A stretch of DNA of 62,143 nucleotides, the filler included, from Vezdaea acicularis (taxonomy: Eukaryota), in the NCBI GenBank assembly GCA_026025075.1. It is 4 parts of 4 records of this genome, joined end to end, with 100 filler letters (N's around TTAATTAATTAA, not from the genome) between each part and the next. Parts side by side here need not be neighbours in the genome. Positions count along the whole stretch, not along the records: positions 1 to 15,639 come from JAPEUI010000220.1; 3 more parts are not named here. One strand, written 5' to 3'. Positions within the stretch are counted from its first letter, which is position 1. Each line of letters starts with the position of its first letter. The notes beneath the pieces are model-generated. The model searched no databases and had not been told where the DNA came from. It saw only the letters and a program-made list of their open reading frames with translations. Positions 1 to 15,739 of this stretch are shown here, piece by piece. The translations under genes were made by a program, and so were the position numbers.

Positions 1-124
1 CTAACCCTAACCCTAACCCTAACCCTAACCCTAACCCTAACCCTAACCCTAACCCTAACCCTAACCCTAACCCTAACCCTAACCCTAACCCTAACCCTAA
101 CCCTAACCCTAACCCTAACCCTAA
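1..124. repeat. Telomeric repeat (CCCTAA)n, left chromosome end
   Basis: About 20 perfect CCCTAA units from base 1, ending abruptly at ctaa|attttt; C-rich strand runs 5'->3' as expected for a left end. Confidence 0.99.
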
Positions 125-884
125 ATTTTTGGACCAAAAATTAGCACTCCTTGCCACACCTAATCTCATAACTAAGCCAACAATTGTCCGAAAGCATCGT
201 TTCCGACCTCAAATGCACTTCAAATCATGTTGGATGGCGGATTTCGACCTTTTTTTAAGGGACATTCAGTATTCATCAGACAATTTCCATAGCCGAGAGA
301 AACCACGAGTTTAAGCTCTGCTAGTGATTGCGGCAGTTTCACTGTAAAACTATAAAGTATAGCGCATAAATCTTGGCTAACATTCCTGTCACTCGAGGAA
401 TTTCGAGCAATCTTTCTATACTGATTACGTGGGTGGTGATACGTGCAGGAATGGGCTAGGCCGTCTCCGTTCCACTGATACGGCGGAAGAATGCCCTGAT
501 TGTTTTGCTTTTAGATCGTGATCTCACTTCTCAACACATTCATTTTCTACTTTACTCTACTTTACATTCATGCGCTTTTCGAGGTTTAACAATTTGTGAA
601 TATGATCATTCTTATTTGCTATAAGCGCAACATAAAGGACACCACTTGGAGTCTTCCTCTCAAGAGAACAGTTACTTTGTTCCCATTGCAGTGTGATAGA
701 TGGTATTTCTTATTTTAGACCTTGAGTGTTGGATTTCGCGCCACTTTCCACGAGCTGACCTTGCTACACCGCAGCGTCTACTCATCCTATAATTTTGCCC
801 TTCGCTTTTCAGTCATCCGCAACGTCCAACAATATGGCATGCCATTCTGAGACTCCCACACTGGCGCCGGTTTGACGATGTGTC

Positions 885-3429
885 TTATCGGCCCCCACCA
901 AAGTCCGGCTTATAAGTTTGTACTCCGTCCCGCCCCATTAGCTCCCTAAGCATCATCGTTGCGTACTGACTTGTTCCAAGTTGAAACTTCAGAATAACTG
1001 CCAACTTGGACCTTTCCATACCACTGCCGGTTCCATGTAATCTATCGTCAGTATTCCCATCATCACTCACCAGCCTATGTGGGTTGACCGATCGGTGCTC
1101 CTGGGTTGGCTCCCCTCTATCGGACTGTGCGTTTCTAGCTTTCTTGCTCTCGTCCAACTTGTCTAAGTCCGTCTCTACCATTTGCTCATTCTCCCCCACA
1201 TAAGGTCTAGCCTCAAACTCAAGAAGGCCATCACATAACGGCCGCCCGAGGACCTTTCTGTAACCTCCACTTAGACTACTTTCCTTCCAGGATCGATGCA
1301 TATTGTGAGGGTCAAGTCCACCTCTTTGATCACTGCCCATAAAGCTTTTGTAAAATAGACCAATCTCATTTGGAGGATAGATGACGTCATAGCCAGGAAG
1401 TGGTAGTACTATATCGAAAATGTTGTATTGACCACTCGCAACTTCATCCTTAGAGAGCGCACGAGAACGTTCAAACCTGGAAGGCCGTAAATCGTCTGGG
1501 TTCGGGTGAACGACGAGCTCACCTACATCATCATACTCTTCTTCTGCTAAGTGAACTGTGGCGTCAGTTTTGTTGATTAATACCAAATCGCCCTCAACTA
1601 CCTCCAGGCCAAACCTAGCAATACGTTCGCTGACCGCAAAATTCCATACCAGTGCTTGATATGCGTGGATGTACATAAGTCTAAGGTTTCTTGGTATGGC
1701 CATGAGCGCTCCACGATAATCGCTGTGCATATGACTGCCTAGATGCCGAATTATCGCTGCCTCTGCCGAGAACTTCCTCGGAAGTTCATCGAGAGCCTTT
1801 TTACCCTGACCCGTAGCTTGAAAAATCTGGATAGCTCTGGCCCGCGATCTGTCGTCACGAGAAACAAGGTCCATTTTTGTTGATGATCCGTCGCTATCCT
1901 GCCGACTCGTTGAAAGAAGATCAGGGTTGAAGCTGAGAAGATCTTCACATGCGCCTTGAAAGTCCCCCTGAAGTATTTTTAACCCGATTGTATCCGTCCT
2001 AACCTTGAAAGATCCAAATCTTTGAAGTCCATAGTAGTTTATGAAGCCAGAGCTTTTAAGTTCAGAGGCCAGCTTAGCAAGGGTGTTCTTCGCAATTTCA
2101 AGCTTGGCTTCAATATGAGCTTCTTGCGTCCCACCAAAATCACAGTCACGAAGTGTGATGACGAATTCGTTGCCTTTTAGCTCTCCAAGTTCGAGTCCTT
2201 TCGGATGATATTCAAAGCCGCCTACTTTAGACCCGTGCAGTGAACGATTGACAGATGCCAATTTTTCGGCAGACATTCTATAGGCGCTGGCCCGCTGAAC
2301 TGTGACCGCACGTCTGTCTTTGGTGCCGGCAAACTGGAATGTTTTAGGGGGCAGCCTGAGCTGTCTTGCAAGATATGAAATCACCTCCATTGTATCCTTG
2401 TTTTCCTTGTAGATGCTGAAATGTAAATATTCACCACCTCTCGCCTCCCAGATTGACTTTGTAGAACGGCGAGGCCCATTGTTGGAACTCCGCTCCCTGT
2501 TATTGCTCCACTGATTTTGTCCAGGCTTTTCCCCTATAATCATCAACCCAGCGCCGTCTGTCGTGGTCTCTAATTTAGAATAGAAGATTCTTCGCATATC
2601 TTGGTGAATCTTCGTTCTCAATTGCCGATCTGGGATAGCAGACGAGGTTACAGTTCCATGTATTTGCTTCCTACCATTAGGATCAGCAGCAACAATCTTG
2701 CAATATAGCTCCACGATAGCAGCCGCAGTATCATGACCAAAATAATTCCTCAAAAGTTCTTCGTCTTCGTTCGAAAGCTGTTCTATATCACTACTTGATT
2801 TCTCTAGTGGGGAAAGTCAAATTGGGTGCTTACTCTGAAAGTCGACGCTGTTGTAGATTCATTGGCTGTGACTCCTTCTCCACACGTCTTTGAACGTACA
2901 GAGTCGCCCGAGCCGTTTGAAGGCCCATGTTTTCCCTCATCGCTAACTGACGGAGTATTGCCTAGCTTATCACCAGGTGCTTGATCTGGGAAACCTGAAG
3001 GTACTGTCTCAGCCGGTGCTCCTTCAGCTAGCTTGCGTCCCTTTGGGATTCTATAATTATTGAGATGCACTACCTCTCCAGAAGGAAGTATTTCATTGAC
3101 AAGGAAATCCGTATATCTGCGTGATTTGCCTCGTTATATCCAACCTCAGAGAATATTTAGTGGCGCATAACTAACCTTTGTTTTAATATACCTGAAAACC
3201 CATAAGAGCCAGAGCCCACATACATTGATATACCAACATCACGTTCCTTTTGTTGTTGGATCTTGGCCTCCGCAACGGCAATATCCGTTCTCGAAGGTGC
3301 CACGGCTGGCACTTTGGACAGAGTGTGATTTGCTGCTGGCTGTTCAAGAGTCACTTCGATGCAATCTGGAATTGGACTTGACAGCTTTAAGCGTTTCCGC
3401 GATAGCTCAGAGTTCTCGTCAGGTTGCAT
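885..3429 (-). CDS. PUS7: Multisubstrate pseudouridine synthase 7 (TruD family); 3 exons (3429-3176, 3116-2834, 2777-885)
   Basis: Motifs FSGILKQR|YTDFLVNEI, AGTKDRRAVTVQ, GELKGNEFVITLR, GFINYYGLQRFG, FQLGTSQYATMMLRE; GT-AG introns join the ORFs in frame. Confidence 0.95.
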
Positions 3430-4180
3430 TTCGATTTAAAAAGCAGCTAACCCTGTTACTATCTATGTAGAGCAGAATTTTTCCGAAGGGGTTACGGAGT
3501 ATTTAGCACTGGTATGTCACAATGGACAACAAATGTGCTTCCCATAAGCGAGATGGTGTTCAAGAACAATGATGGTTCATGACGAGGTGTCCCAGACTAG
3601 AAGTGGAATCGTCTAAATTAAATTGCTGAAGATGAAGATAATTATTTGGAGGTTTTAGCCGTACGTATGATGATATGCAGCTGTCCCAAATTTGGAAACA
3701 TTCTATAATGGGAGAAAAGTGGCAAAGCAATCAAAACCAGAGCAAATGTGGTGAAACTTGGCCTCTTTACCGATGTTTAGTTTAATCCAAAGTAATCTAG
3801 CCTTTCAGTGATTACGTATGAGACCGGTCATGTCTCAGGGCTCTTCCGCTGAATCACAACAATAAATTTCGTGTAGATTATGGTGCTTTTGATTTTGGCA
3901 AGTCGGTTCAGTTACCCTTTCATGTAGCTGGTTTCGGCTAATTTATCCTTCTTTCACACTTTCAAAATATCCGTCCAATCAGGTCCTTCTGAGTCTTTTC
4001 GCAAACATATATTCCCTGACAAGCTAAGATACTCTCCCAATAAGAGGAAAACTGGTGTTGGACGATTTGACTTTAGTACGACGTCTAAGTGCTTGGTAGG
4101 TCGTAATAACTACCTCACGGAGGTTAGAATTTTGTGAGCAGCCTCGATTTCAAAAAGACATACCGACTGCTCTATCAGCT

Positions 4181-6527
<2,347 letters not shown>

Positions 6528-8174
6528 GCCATCAGCGAAAGGCAAAGTGTTTGTAGAGTCAACTTCCCGTGACCCTCAGGGCCACATAATCGCCAATTCT
6601 CTCGCCAAAGCTTACATTCTTACATATAGAGTCTTGGGGCTAGAGTAACGACTGCCTTCGACGGCCAGACCGTCAAAATAAGCCGGGCAGCTCTCGGTGC
6701 TTACAGGAAGCTCGCCAGCTATGTTGCAGATATGCTTGCAATGGGGATAAGTTCTCTGCAATAAGGTACTAACGACTTGAAGGCACCGAATGATAGCGAG
6801 GGTTCCGCTCGAAGCTATTCTGTCCGAAGCTGTAACCCTCATTCGAACCAGCGACCAATCGCTCCATCGAAGCTGGACGGAATCTCGCTTTCCGACTTGC
6901 ATGGTTGTGTACGACTTTGTCCTCGCGAAGCCAGCCTAATTTTCTCTCCCCACGGTGGTTATATCTACCATCATCATCCGTGATTGGCCTGCGCCTGAAT
7001 TGATTAGCTGGACCGAGCGCATGGGTCTACTGTGTCCTACACGGGATGTCCTGTGAAGGGCTTGTCCTTTGCGGACCCAGTCGTTCTTTTGGCTGCCACG
7101 CTGTAATCTAGCCTGGAGGGACAGTGTATAGATGCATAAAAGATAATAGACAGCTGCATCTCATCAACGTGCCTTCCACAGCCCAGCAGCTCAGACCAAA
7201 GCTTCACAATCCTCACGTTGAATGGTGTTCTGAACAGTCGGCCATGGGAAGGGCTCTCCGACTTCACGTCAGGCCAGGCGAAGCCAACTGCTGCTGAGCG
7301 GTGAAGGCGAACGCCATTTCGTCCGATCTCGCTGTAGGCTGCACCAAGTTACACTGTGTCTTGATTGCACATTAATCAAGTCACTCAGTACGATTATCGT
7401 AAGCAGCGCTACCCGACAAGATATTCAACATCCCGATGAGTGCGACGGTCGATCTCGCTTGGTCGTGCTGCTTTGCGATAACTACAGTAGTTGCCCTTAG
7501 CGCTCGTTAGTCGCACCACGCGGATCCTAAAGGCGGAAGGACTAAACGCGCGAGTCGATCAGCCGCTCACTTGTCCTTTGCGACCTGTGCGTCCCCAGTC
7601 CCCTGCCTTCGTCCCCATCGACCGATTTACCCCTCACCTTCCTGACCCTTGCAATCCATCCCGACAGCCACCATCCTCAAAATCGCACCATTCCCCATAC
7701 TCTCGTGGCCGTCCGCAGCTGAAGTAATAATGCCCTGCATTTGATTGGCTCCTAACAACATGGTTAGACGCCTCCACGACTGGGGAAGGGGCGCCCGGCA
7801 CCCTTTGGGAGAATGCGGAAAGAACCTTCAGCCAGCCCGCCATAGCGCCTCGTGGCCCCGCCCAGCTTAATGCGGAGCTGCAATCGTCGACCCTCGTCCA
7901 TGCTTCCGACTTTTAAACTCTTCGCCCTTCTCTCTTTACTTCGTGCTGATTTTTCCTTTTCATGGTTTTACTGCTTGCTGCCAACGACTCAGTCTCTACA
8001 TAAGTTTTCAAGCTAAAGCTACATACAGAACAATTCATCCATTGCCGATATCGAGTTGATCTGCCCAGACATACAATCGGTCTAACCTAGGTGCTTTGAC
8101 CCATTGAGCTGCAGCTAGACCAATCATTTGCACGAGTCCCAACAAGGCAGTCCGCCATATCTTCCATCTACGCC

Positions 8175-9925
8175 ATGAAGAAGCTCATCATAGCTTGTGA
8201 CGGTAAGTTTTCACCTTTTTGGGCACTACCGTTCGAAGCAACTGCGTCAATCAAGATCGTGCATACAGTGCTAATGTCAACCGTGTAAAGGGACCTGGAA
8301 TGATGCTGATAATGGCTTTGTCCGGGATAGCCTTCTACCCTGGGATCACAGTGGTCATCTCGCCGTCCCCTCCAACGTAACACGGTTCTGCCGAGCAACC
8401 AAGGCTACAGATGCAAAAGGTATCCCTCAAATTGTATACTATCAGGCAGGTGTCGGCAGCGCGGAGAATATCTTCGACAAATATGTTGGTGGGGGAACGG
8501 GTCAGGGGCTCTCGGAACATATCCGGGAAGCGTACGGGTTTCTTACGAACAATTACGAGGATGGTGATGAAATATACCTTGTGGGATTTTCCCGCGGTGC
8601 CTTTACAGCGAGGAGCATTGCAGGTCTTGTAAGCCTCGTGGGCGTCATGACAAAACTCGGCATGGAACACTTCTACCGAGTCTATGAGGACTATAGAAAC
8701 AACCATGATCCGGACTATCGCCCTCAAGGCAGGCACCCATTTCCTGATCGACCAAACATCAAGACCGATGACTACAAGAGAACCCTTTTTGAGGTAGAGC
8801 TTACATCTTCACCATCTGTTGAGGTTCATTTGGACTGATAAATTGCAGATGGGAATGACAAGAGTCAACACGGACATTCATGCCATTGGCGTTTGGGATA
8901 CAGTTGGTGAGGACACCTCTCGAACGAGCATCACCTGGTTGCTAACTAGAGGCTCAGGATCCCTGGGCATACCCCAGACTGGCCTTCTCGAGTTTCTGGG
9001 CTTCATGAACGTCAATCGAAATTACCTCTTTCATAACACCTCCCTAACCAACAGCATTAAGAATGCCTTTCAGGCCTTGGGTCTGGACGAGAAGCGGGCT
9101 GCGTTCTCTCCCTCGGTCTGGGAAAAGCCTGAAAATGTCACCACAGTAAGCAGCCGGCTCCTTGAGCGGGGTCATCAACAGTATGTACTAAGGTTCATCA
9201 GAAACTTAAACAAGTCTGGTTTCCGGGGGTGCACACCAATATCGGTGGTGGATACGATGACCAGAACATGTCAGATATCACACTGACTTGGATGTGCGAT
9301 GAGTTCTCCCCATTCATTGAGTTCGATAAAGAATACCTCCTACACGAGTATAAACATACTCAGGAAGTCTATGAGCATAATGACCTCCCCAGCCGATCGT
9401 GGGCCAATGGTGAGCCTTGTTCCATCTATCTCAAACACGCATTTGTTATTTTCCAAGACTTACCACGGTACTTTCATTACAGGCAAGCTCTACAACTCTT
9501 ACACGGGCTTCACCCGTATCTTTGGCTCCAAAACGCGTACTCCCGGCAACTATACATTGAATGACCCTAAGACTGGCAAGCCGAGCTCCACTCCGCTTGT
9601 CAACACAAATGAGTACCTTCATCCTTCCGTACGTGTTCGCTATGGTAAGGGCCTTGGCACCAACGACAAGGGAGTATATAAACCTGCAGCTATGGCGGAC
9701 TGGCGCGTTATCCCTGATGAGCGCGGCGATGAGTCAGAAGCTACGGCAAAATCATCGGGCCATTTCAAATGGCATTATCAAGGTGTGAAGACGCAAGGGA
9801 TGAGTAGGACGATGCTGGAGGAAAGTTACCTGGGAGAAATGGAAAGGGTGTTGTTGAAGTTGGATGACGAGCAGTACAAACGATATCTGCTTGATGAGCA
9901 GCCAGCAGAGACTTCAAGAGGCTAA
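8175..9925 (+). CDS. DUF2235 (Tle1-like) alpha/beta-hydrolase domain protein, multi-exon
   Basis: MKKLIIACDGTWN, PSNV, YYQAGVG, GFSRGAFTAR nucleophile elbow, GVWDTVGSLG, QALGLDEKR, QVWFPGVHTNIGGG, NEYLHPSVR. Confidence 0.9.
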
Positions 9926-10274
9926 TGTGGCAGGTGGCCGCTCCCACGGGTAGACCGAGGCGACGCGGGCGTTGAGGGATTTGCATCTTCGCTGACTGGG
10001 AACATGGAATTTATTGCTCTAAATGGCTTTTCGCTGTGCGTCAGATTGCTTTCATCGCACGGCGACATCATACCCGATTGCGAGGTGCATCCTTTCAACG
10101 TACTCGTTCGATAGCTTAATCACTGAAATGTAAATCTCTTAGGGGTCACTTCCTCGCAAAAATATGCAAACAACGCAGTCTAGTTGGTTGTAGTTGTCAA
10201 GATGGGCAAGGAATCCCGTTCTAGATAGCTCCCTAGGACATCTTGTCGGGTTCGGAGAGCCTCAAGCCCTCCCA

Positions 10275-11658
10275 TCAACTCACGGCGAGGCCCTCTGATT
10301 CGACGCGCTCGACCCCCTTCGCGGCCTCCTTTACTGCTCTACGTGCCCCGACGGCCCCTTTTGTTCCCCTTCTGGTGTACGCTGCAATGAAGAAGCGCAT
10401 GAAAAGCCAGGTCAGCGGCGCAAGGTAGAGGAGGTTCAGTGAGATAGCGAAGGCTTGTCCCGGATTGGTTACGCAGTCTGTAGGCTGATATGTTGTCACC
10501 TTCACCTTATGGATCTGGGGAGAGTGTACGGAGAGATCTGCGGGAACATTTTCGGCAAGACCTTCGTTGCCCGCAGCACGAAGGCCGAGTTTGGCGAGGA
10601 GAGGGAGGAGAGCGGTCTTGCTCGTGGCAGTAACGGTGGCCGCAGGGATCGTAGAGGTGGGTTTATACGTGACAGTGGTATAGCTTTGTACGGGCTCCAT
10701 ATAGCTGATGAAGAGGTGCGTCCCTGCGTAAATGGATCCCCAGATCATTTGGGCGATTTGCATGCCGGTCAGTGTGCGTTTAAGCTGAGTAGGAACGGGA
10801 ACTGAGAGCGCTGTAAGCGTATAGTACGTGTACTATAGCCCGACGGCGGTGTCAGTCAGGCTCTTGCAGAAGGTTCGAGAGCCCGTGTCAAGGGAGTCTT
10901 ACCATCAGGGTGTGGATGAAGGAATTGACAAATACAAACATCCAAATTGGCGCGGCCATATAACGAATCCCAGACCATAGACAGAACATCGCACCCGCAT
11001 GGTGATACGTCTGTAAAAATGATGTGTTCTTCCCTTTAGCAAGGATAATGAACGTATCGACGACCTCGTAGAACTTCGATATGTAAAACAGCCAGCCGTA
11101 GAACGCCAGACCCTCATTCCAGAGCCGTCCGACATCCGTCGAGTCAGGCACGCCTTTTATTCCAAGCTTGATAGATGAAGACAGCGTTGTCCACTCGGAT
11201 ATTGTTGTATTATAAGAGATTGCGTCGCCGAACCCTCGCGGCCCATGCATCTTGCAGAGTGAGTCGAGTATTTCAGGAAGGCTGGTCGTGGCGTCCAGTC
11301 TCGCAACGGAGTGCTTCGCCGCAACGAACATGCCGATACATGTCCATGCCGAGTAGGCTGCAAGAAAGACGTTGTGCGCAACGACGGCGCAAAAGAAGGC
11401 CCAGGTTTTGCTGAATGCCCAAGGGGCGTTTTTCCGCGAGCGATTGAGCTGGTTCAGATAGACCGCAGTCACGGCGTAGACCAAAGCGATTGTGATCGGG
11501 TACTTGACTGACAGTGCTTCTTCATACAGCCACGGAGGTATTGTGAATTGAGCTGTCGGTATGTCCGAGGATCGTGGGGCAGGGACTACAAGGGGGTTTG
11601 GGTTAGGTGGTACGCTGAAAAATGAGGCCGAGGGCAGCGAAAGCCATACGGACTCCAT
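10275..11658 (-). CDS. Fatty-acid elongase (ELO/GNS1/SUR4 family), 2 exons
   Basis: FYISKFYEVVDT, FLQTYHHAG histidine box, NSFIHTLM|Y-YY, TGMQIAQ, YLAPLTWLFMRFF; multiple hydrophobic segments. Confidence 0.92.
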
Positions 11659-12064
11659 TGTGTTGAATTCCCTATACCTCAATCAGACTATTACAGCTGT
11701 TCTGGGAATAGTTCAACAGTGAGGGAAACTGGAAGGTTGCTTTGCCATATGTCGTCGATGGGTTTCATCGCATAGCCCTTCACTTTCTGTCGACCCTGTT
11801 GACGTCAATCTTCGCCGCTTTAGGCTTAGTGTAGCTAGATTAAAGTTCTGTTCGACAGTCTACTCGCTTCATACCTCCTACAACATATTGCTCTACACTC
11901 CTTTTAGGTACTTATAGAGACTGTAGCTTCGATTGACTTCTTTATCGTAACATGTGATCCTAATCTAGGTATTGCTCATACAAATTAATGTTTCTTCCCC
12001 TGAAAACATCCCCGGGTTGGTATGGTGTACACAATCTTTTCCATGCCAGAGTAAGGCGATATGT

Positions 12065-13222
12065 TTACTCTTTGACACCAGTGCGCCAGCCAACTCTCAT
12101 GAGCGTCTCACAGGAATGCTCAGTAGAATTCTTGATAAGATCTTCATCGAGCTTGACCTCACCCTTTGGATATAGAACAATCACCGTGCTTCCCCCATAA
12201 TAGAACGCGCCCAAACATTGGCCTCTACGTACCTGCGCCCCAATCTGCCCGACGCCTAGGACGTATTGGATGGAACCGACCAGCATTGCGCCAACAGCAA
12301 TGACTGCAATGGGAGCGCCTGTTGAGTTTCTGCGTAGCATCATGACAGACCTCTTGTTCTCGCAAAAAACATCCATAGTACCAGGCTCGTTGATGGCCTG
12401 CGGATTGACGGTATAATACGCACCAGGAATATCTTTCAACCCTTCGACAGTGCCCGTGATAGGGGAATGCCAACGATGGTAGTCTTGTGGTGCTAGTCTC
12501 GCAATGACGATGGACCCTCCATCAAATTGTGTGGCCGCGCTCTCGTCCCCTAGAAGCCTAGCGATAGTGAATCCAGCACCCTTGATCCAGTACTTGGTCG
12601 CAAGATCAACAGTCGGGAAAGCAGTGAGACGGCAATCGGCAGGGCTCGATGTTACCAGATCGTTCTGAGGCTCGGCTACAGGTCTCGCTTCCTCTTTTAT
12701 CTCCCGTCCGAAAAATTCATTGAAGGACGCATACTTCTCCGGATCTGGCTCCTTTAGCTCTGACAAAGTGTCCTTCAAGTCGAAACTGTCGATGAATGGT
12801 TGAATGTGTGCGCGACTTTCGGGCGCGTCATATTCCTTGCCCATCTTTACGCTCTGGGCTTCCAGGAGCTCCAATGTCCTTTTCCAATGGAGCGCTTGCT
12901 CTTGTGCTGTGCCATAGTACAGAAAATGCATGCCAACACGGACATAGATGCTCATAGGCTCGAACGCTTTTGCACCAGTTTGGCGGTCAATGACATAATT
13001 TCCCATGTGATACTTTGACTCGATACTCTGCACTGTCGAAGGAGGGAGGAGCTTGGATAGCCAAGCATGGGTTTCTGCTTGGGTAGCTGGCATATGAATG
13101 TGAGATTTTGGGTTTTCATTCTTGTTCTCAGCAGCCGTGGTCAGCGTTTTGAGGGCTGCGGCACTGGCGGCGTAGCCTGCCTCATTCTGGTTATTATCAG
13201 GCATGGATGGAGCTTGATCCAT
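12065..13222 (-). CDS. Phosphatidylserine decarboxylase (PSD2-like, no C2 domain), intronless; start could be up to 13417
   Basis: SFNEFFGR, SPADCRL, ARLAPQDYHRWHSP, YYTVNP, VGAMLVGSI, GAFYYGGST autocleavage motif. Confidence 0.92.
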   Translation of the reverse strand: MDQAPSMPDNNQNEAGYAASAAALKTLTTAAENKNENPKSHIHMPATQAETHAWLSKLLPPSTVQSIESKYHMGNYVIDRQTGAKAFEPMSIYVRVGMHFLYYGTAQEQALHWKRTLELLEAQSVKMGKEYDAPESRAHIQPFIDSFDLKDTLSELKEPDPEKYASFNEFFGREIKEEARPVAEPQNDLVTSSPADCRLTAFPTVDLATKYWIKGAGFTIARLLGDESAATQFDGGSIVIARLAPQDYHRWHSPITGTVEGLKDIPGAYYTVNPQAINEPGTMDVFCENKRSVMMLRRNSTGAPIAVIAVGAMLVGSIQYVLGVGQIGAQVRRGQCLGAFYYGGSTVIVLYPKGEVKLDEDLIKNSTEHSCETLMRVGWRTGVKE

Positions 13223-13625
13223 ATTTCGCCGTGATCTCGATTCAGAGTTTGAGAAATGCAATGCAATCGAGGGTCTCGCATAAAATGCCAAGCTTTGATG
13301 CCAAGTTGATATATCTGTTTGTTTTTGATGCGGGGTGGTGCAAGTGATGTAACAAAACGCATGTGCGTCCTCGCCTAATTCGTCATGGTCTTGCAAACCC
13401 TGGGAACGCCATGACAATATAGCAGTTGCGTCACAGGTGGGTGACAGGCCTGAGTGTCATCCTCCCAGATCACCTCGAGAGTCTGCCAAAGGCCACAAAG
13501 CCACATAATTGGGCTCTGATGGCCTGCCAAACCAGATTAACCCTGTTTATGAAGACGGTCGATTGAAGTCCCATGGACTTCGCACTCGCTTGAATGATTG
13601 GAAATCTTTTTAGAGCGTATAAGCG

Positions 13626-14873
13626 TTAGGCAACGTTATGGTTATCAGCAGAGACAGGAAGTTTGGGTTTACTCGAAATTGGGATCGGAGGTGGTGAAGC
13701 GGGCACTTCTGTTCCTGACAATCTGTGTAGGTCCTTTTTCTTAGGCGGTGGTGGGGGCGGCTTCTTCTTGATTGTGATGTCTGGTATGGGTTTCTCTTGT
13801 GGAGCATTGCCCACTAGACTGTTTGCGCGATTGATCAAATCATGCTGTTGATTGAGTCCGTCTACAGTCTTCATTCCTTGCGTTATTTGTCCCTCATGTC
13901 GCTCCCGAAAGTTGTTCGCAGTAGAAGCAGTAGTCTTTACATCTCCCAAAGATACCGAAGAAGGGTCATTACGAAGGTTTTTTGCAGTACGTAACGCTGC
14001 CTTCTTCTGAGCAAAGGTAGTCCCTTCCTTGGCAGTCGGAGAAGGCACCGTCGTTGGCGAATTTGAAAACTTCGACTGAATCTCCCTTAATTGAGGGGTG
14101 AGCTTCGAGGTTTGCATAGGCTCAGGACTCCGATGGGATGACGTGCTGTCTCGCCTTTGCACACTCGGGGGGTTTTGAACACCTATATTCAGAGCAGAGA
14201 CGGAAACTCCTGCTGCGCCTAGCCTATTTAAAGACATTTGGTTAAGATCTCCTACTTTTGCAGGAGACTCTCTTGTAGCGATGATATAGGATGGTGGGGG
14301 TGAGATGGATTCTCGTCGAGGAGGCAGTCGAGGAGGTAGTCTTGGTTTTGGTCTAGCAGGTAGTTGTGCCACGTCCTCCTCGGTGCCGGACATCTTTCTA
14401 CGTACTGGAGGCTTCGGGAGACTATCTGTATTTAGACCGGTAGTATTTGCTCGGTACGGGACAGGTGGCCGAGTCGGTACCACTTCATCCTCCTCCTCCT
14501 CCTCACCAGACTTCTTCTCTTCCGTATACACTGTTCTCTTTCTGACCAACGGCGCTCCTACTCTGCTTTCCCTCGGACTCTTCGCAGTCGGGGTGGCTGT
14601 GAAGTCTTGCTGGTCAATACGTTTTGGGGGTGGCTCAAATGTGGTCGGATCTCTGAGGCTTTCCAACGGAGTTGCCTCGTGCTCGCGGGCTCTGATGGCA
14701 TTTTTGTCTTTGCCTTTACCTATCCAGCCTGCCTTTTGGTACTATATTAGTACAAAATCGAAACACCAAGTTTAGTCGCATACCACTTGGTTGATTCCTG
14801 GATTATCACCACGCCAGCTCTCACCTTTGCCATCTTTGCCCTTCGGATGCCAGCCTTTCTTTACTATATCCAT
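13626..14873 (-). CDS. Conserved proline-rich fungal protein (AIM3-like family), 2 exons
   Basis: Exon 1 MDIVKKGWHPKGKDGKGESWRGDNPGINQV splices to AGWIGKGK...LESLRDPTTFEPPPK; C-terminal KKKPPPPPPKK and PPPIPISSKP SH3-ligand-like motifs. Family name from recall only. Confidence 0.6.
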
Positions 14874-15411
14874 GCTTGAGCTTAAGTATAGCGTGAGCAA
14901 CTGATGCTCTGCTGATGATTAAGTAAAAGCTATATGGAATCAAGCAAAATAGTGACCGTGCTATAGCATTTCGGCACTGCGTAACGAATCCCGCCAAGCA
15001 CAAAGGCATCAGTGAACTTATGCACAGCCCAGCCGACAAATATTTCACGCTATTCTAGCCGCTAAACCTTGCAGAGGACATCGCGACGACTTGCTCTGTA
15101 TCCCATTATGATCGTTCCTCATCACCACTTCCTCAAGATCTATCCAGTACCACCATTATTTCACGTGCGGATGCTCCAGTCTAAAGCCTGCATCGCATGA
15201 TCGCAAAGCTACTTGTCGCCTTTCAGTTTCTACTCTCCGTGGCCCGTCCTAGATCCGCTCGCTTCCCCACATGTCTTTCGAACACATCCAAGCGGCAAAT
15301 GTGATACTCAGTCCTCGAGAACCGCGCTTTGAAGTGGCATTCTCCATGCTATACTTGTGAGAAGCGCCTCGGCGTACTCTGTCGTAACGCTCACCACGAC
15401 TTCCATCGAAG

Positions 15412-15639
15412 ATGGCCACCGCAGCGGCAAAGCCAGCGCAACCACTTCAGAAGTTGAAGCGCCCACCTCCTCCGGCTCTTCAGACTGCTCCAAATGGCTT
15501 GCAATCCGCTACTTCGTCCCCCTCACCATCATTAAGTGCCAAGCGACCACAGAGTTCTGCCAGTCAAACCCCGTATTCGGCATCTTCGAATGGGCCTGTC
15601 GTCAATGGATCAGGTCCCCGTGTGAGCAATCGACAAAGA
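15412..15639 (+). CDS. 5' fragment of a gene truncated by the gap; resembles the N-terminus of Pezizomycotina SAGA subunit Spt20
   Basis: MATAAAKPAQPLQKLKRPPPPALQT...SPSLSAKR open up to the gap; similarity from recall, domain itself not present. Confidence 0.5.
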
Positions 15640-15739
15640 NNNNNNNNNNNNNNNNNNNNNNNNNNNNNNNNNNNNNNNNNNNNTTAATTAATTAANNNNN
15701 NNNNNNNNNNNNNNNNNNNNNNNNNNNNNNNNNNNNNNN
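15640..15739. other. Artificial assembly spacer 44N-TTAATTAATTAA-44N
   Basis: Identical 100-bp spacer occurs three times; the 12-mer has stops in all six frames. Confidence 0.97.

Noticed and set aside
129..314. 61-aa ORF next to the telomere
   Set aside because: TTG start, no coding bias or recognisable motif
3667..3780. ATGATGA after GTACGT in the PUS7-PAP1 intergenic region
   Set aside because: No box D CTGA at a suitable distance and no terminal or internal stem
15684..15695. TTAATTAATTAA palindrome (also at 31314 and 46781) as a biological site
   Set aside because: Always centred in identical N runs; an assembly linker
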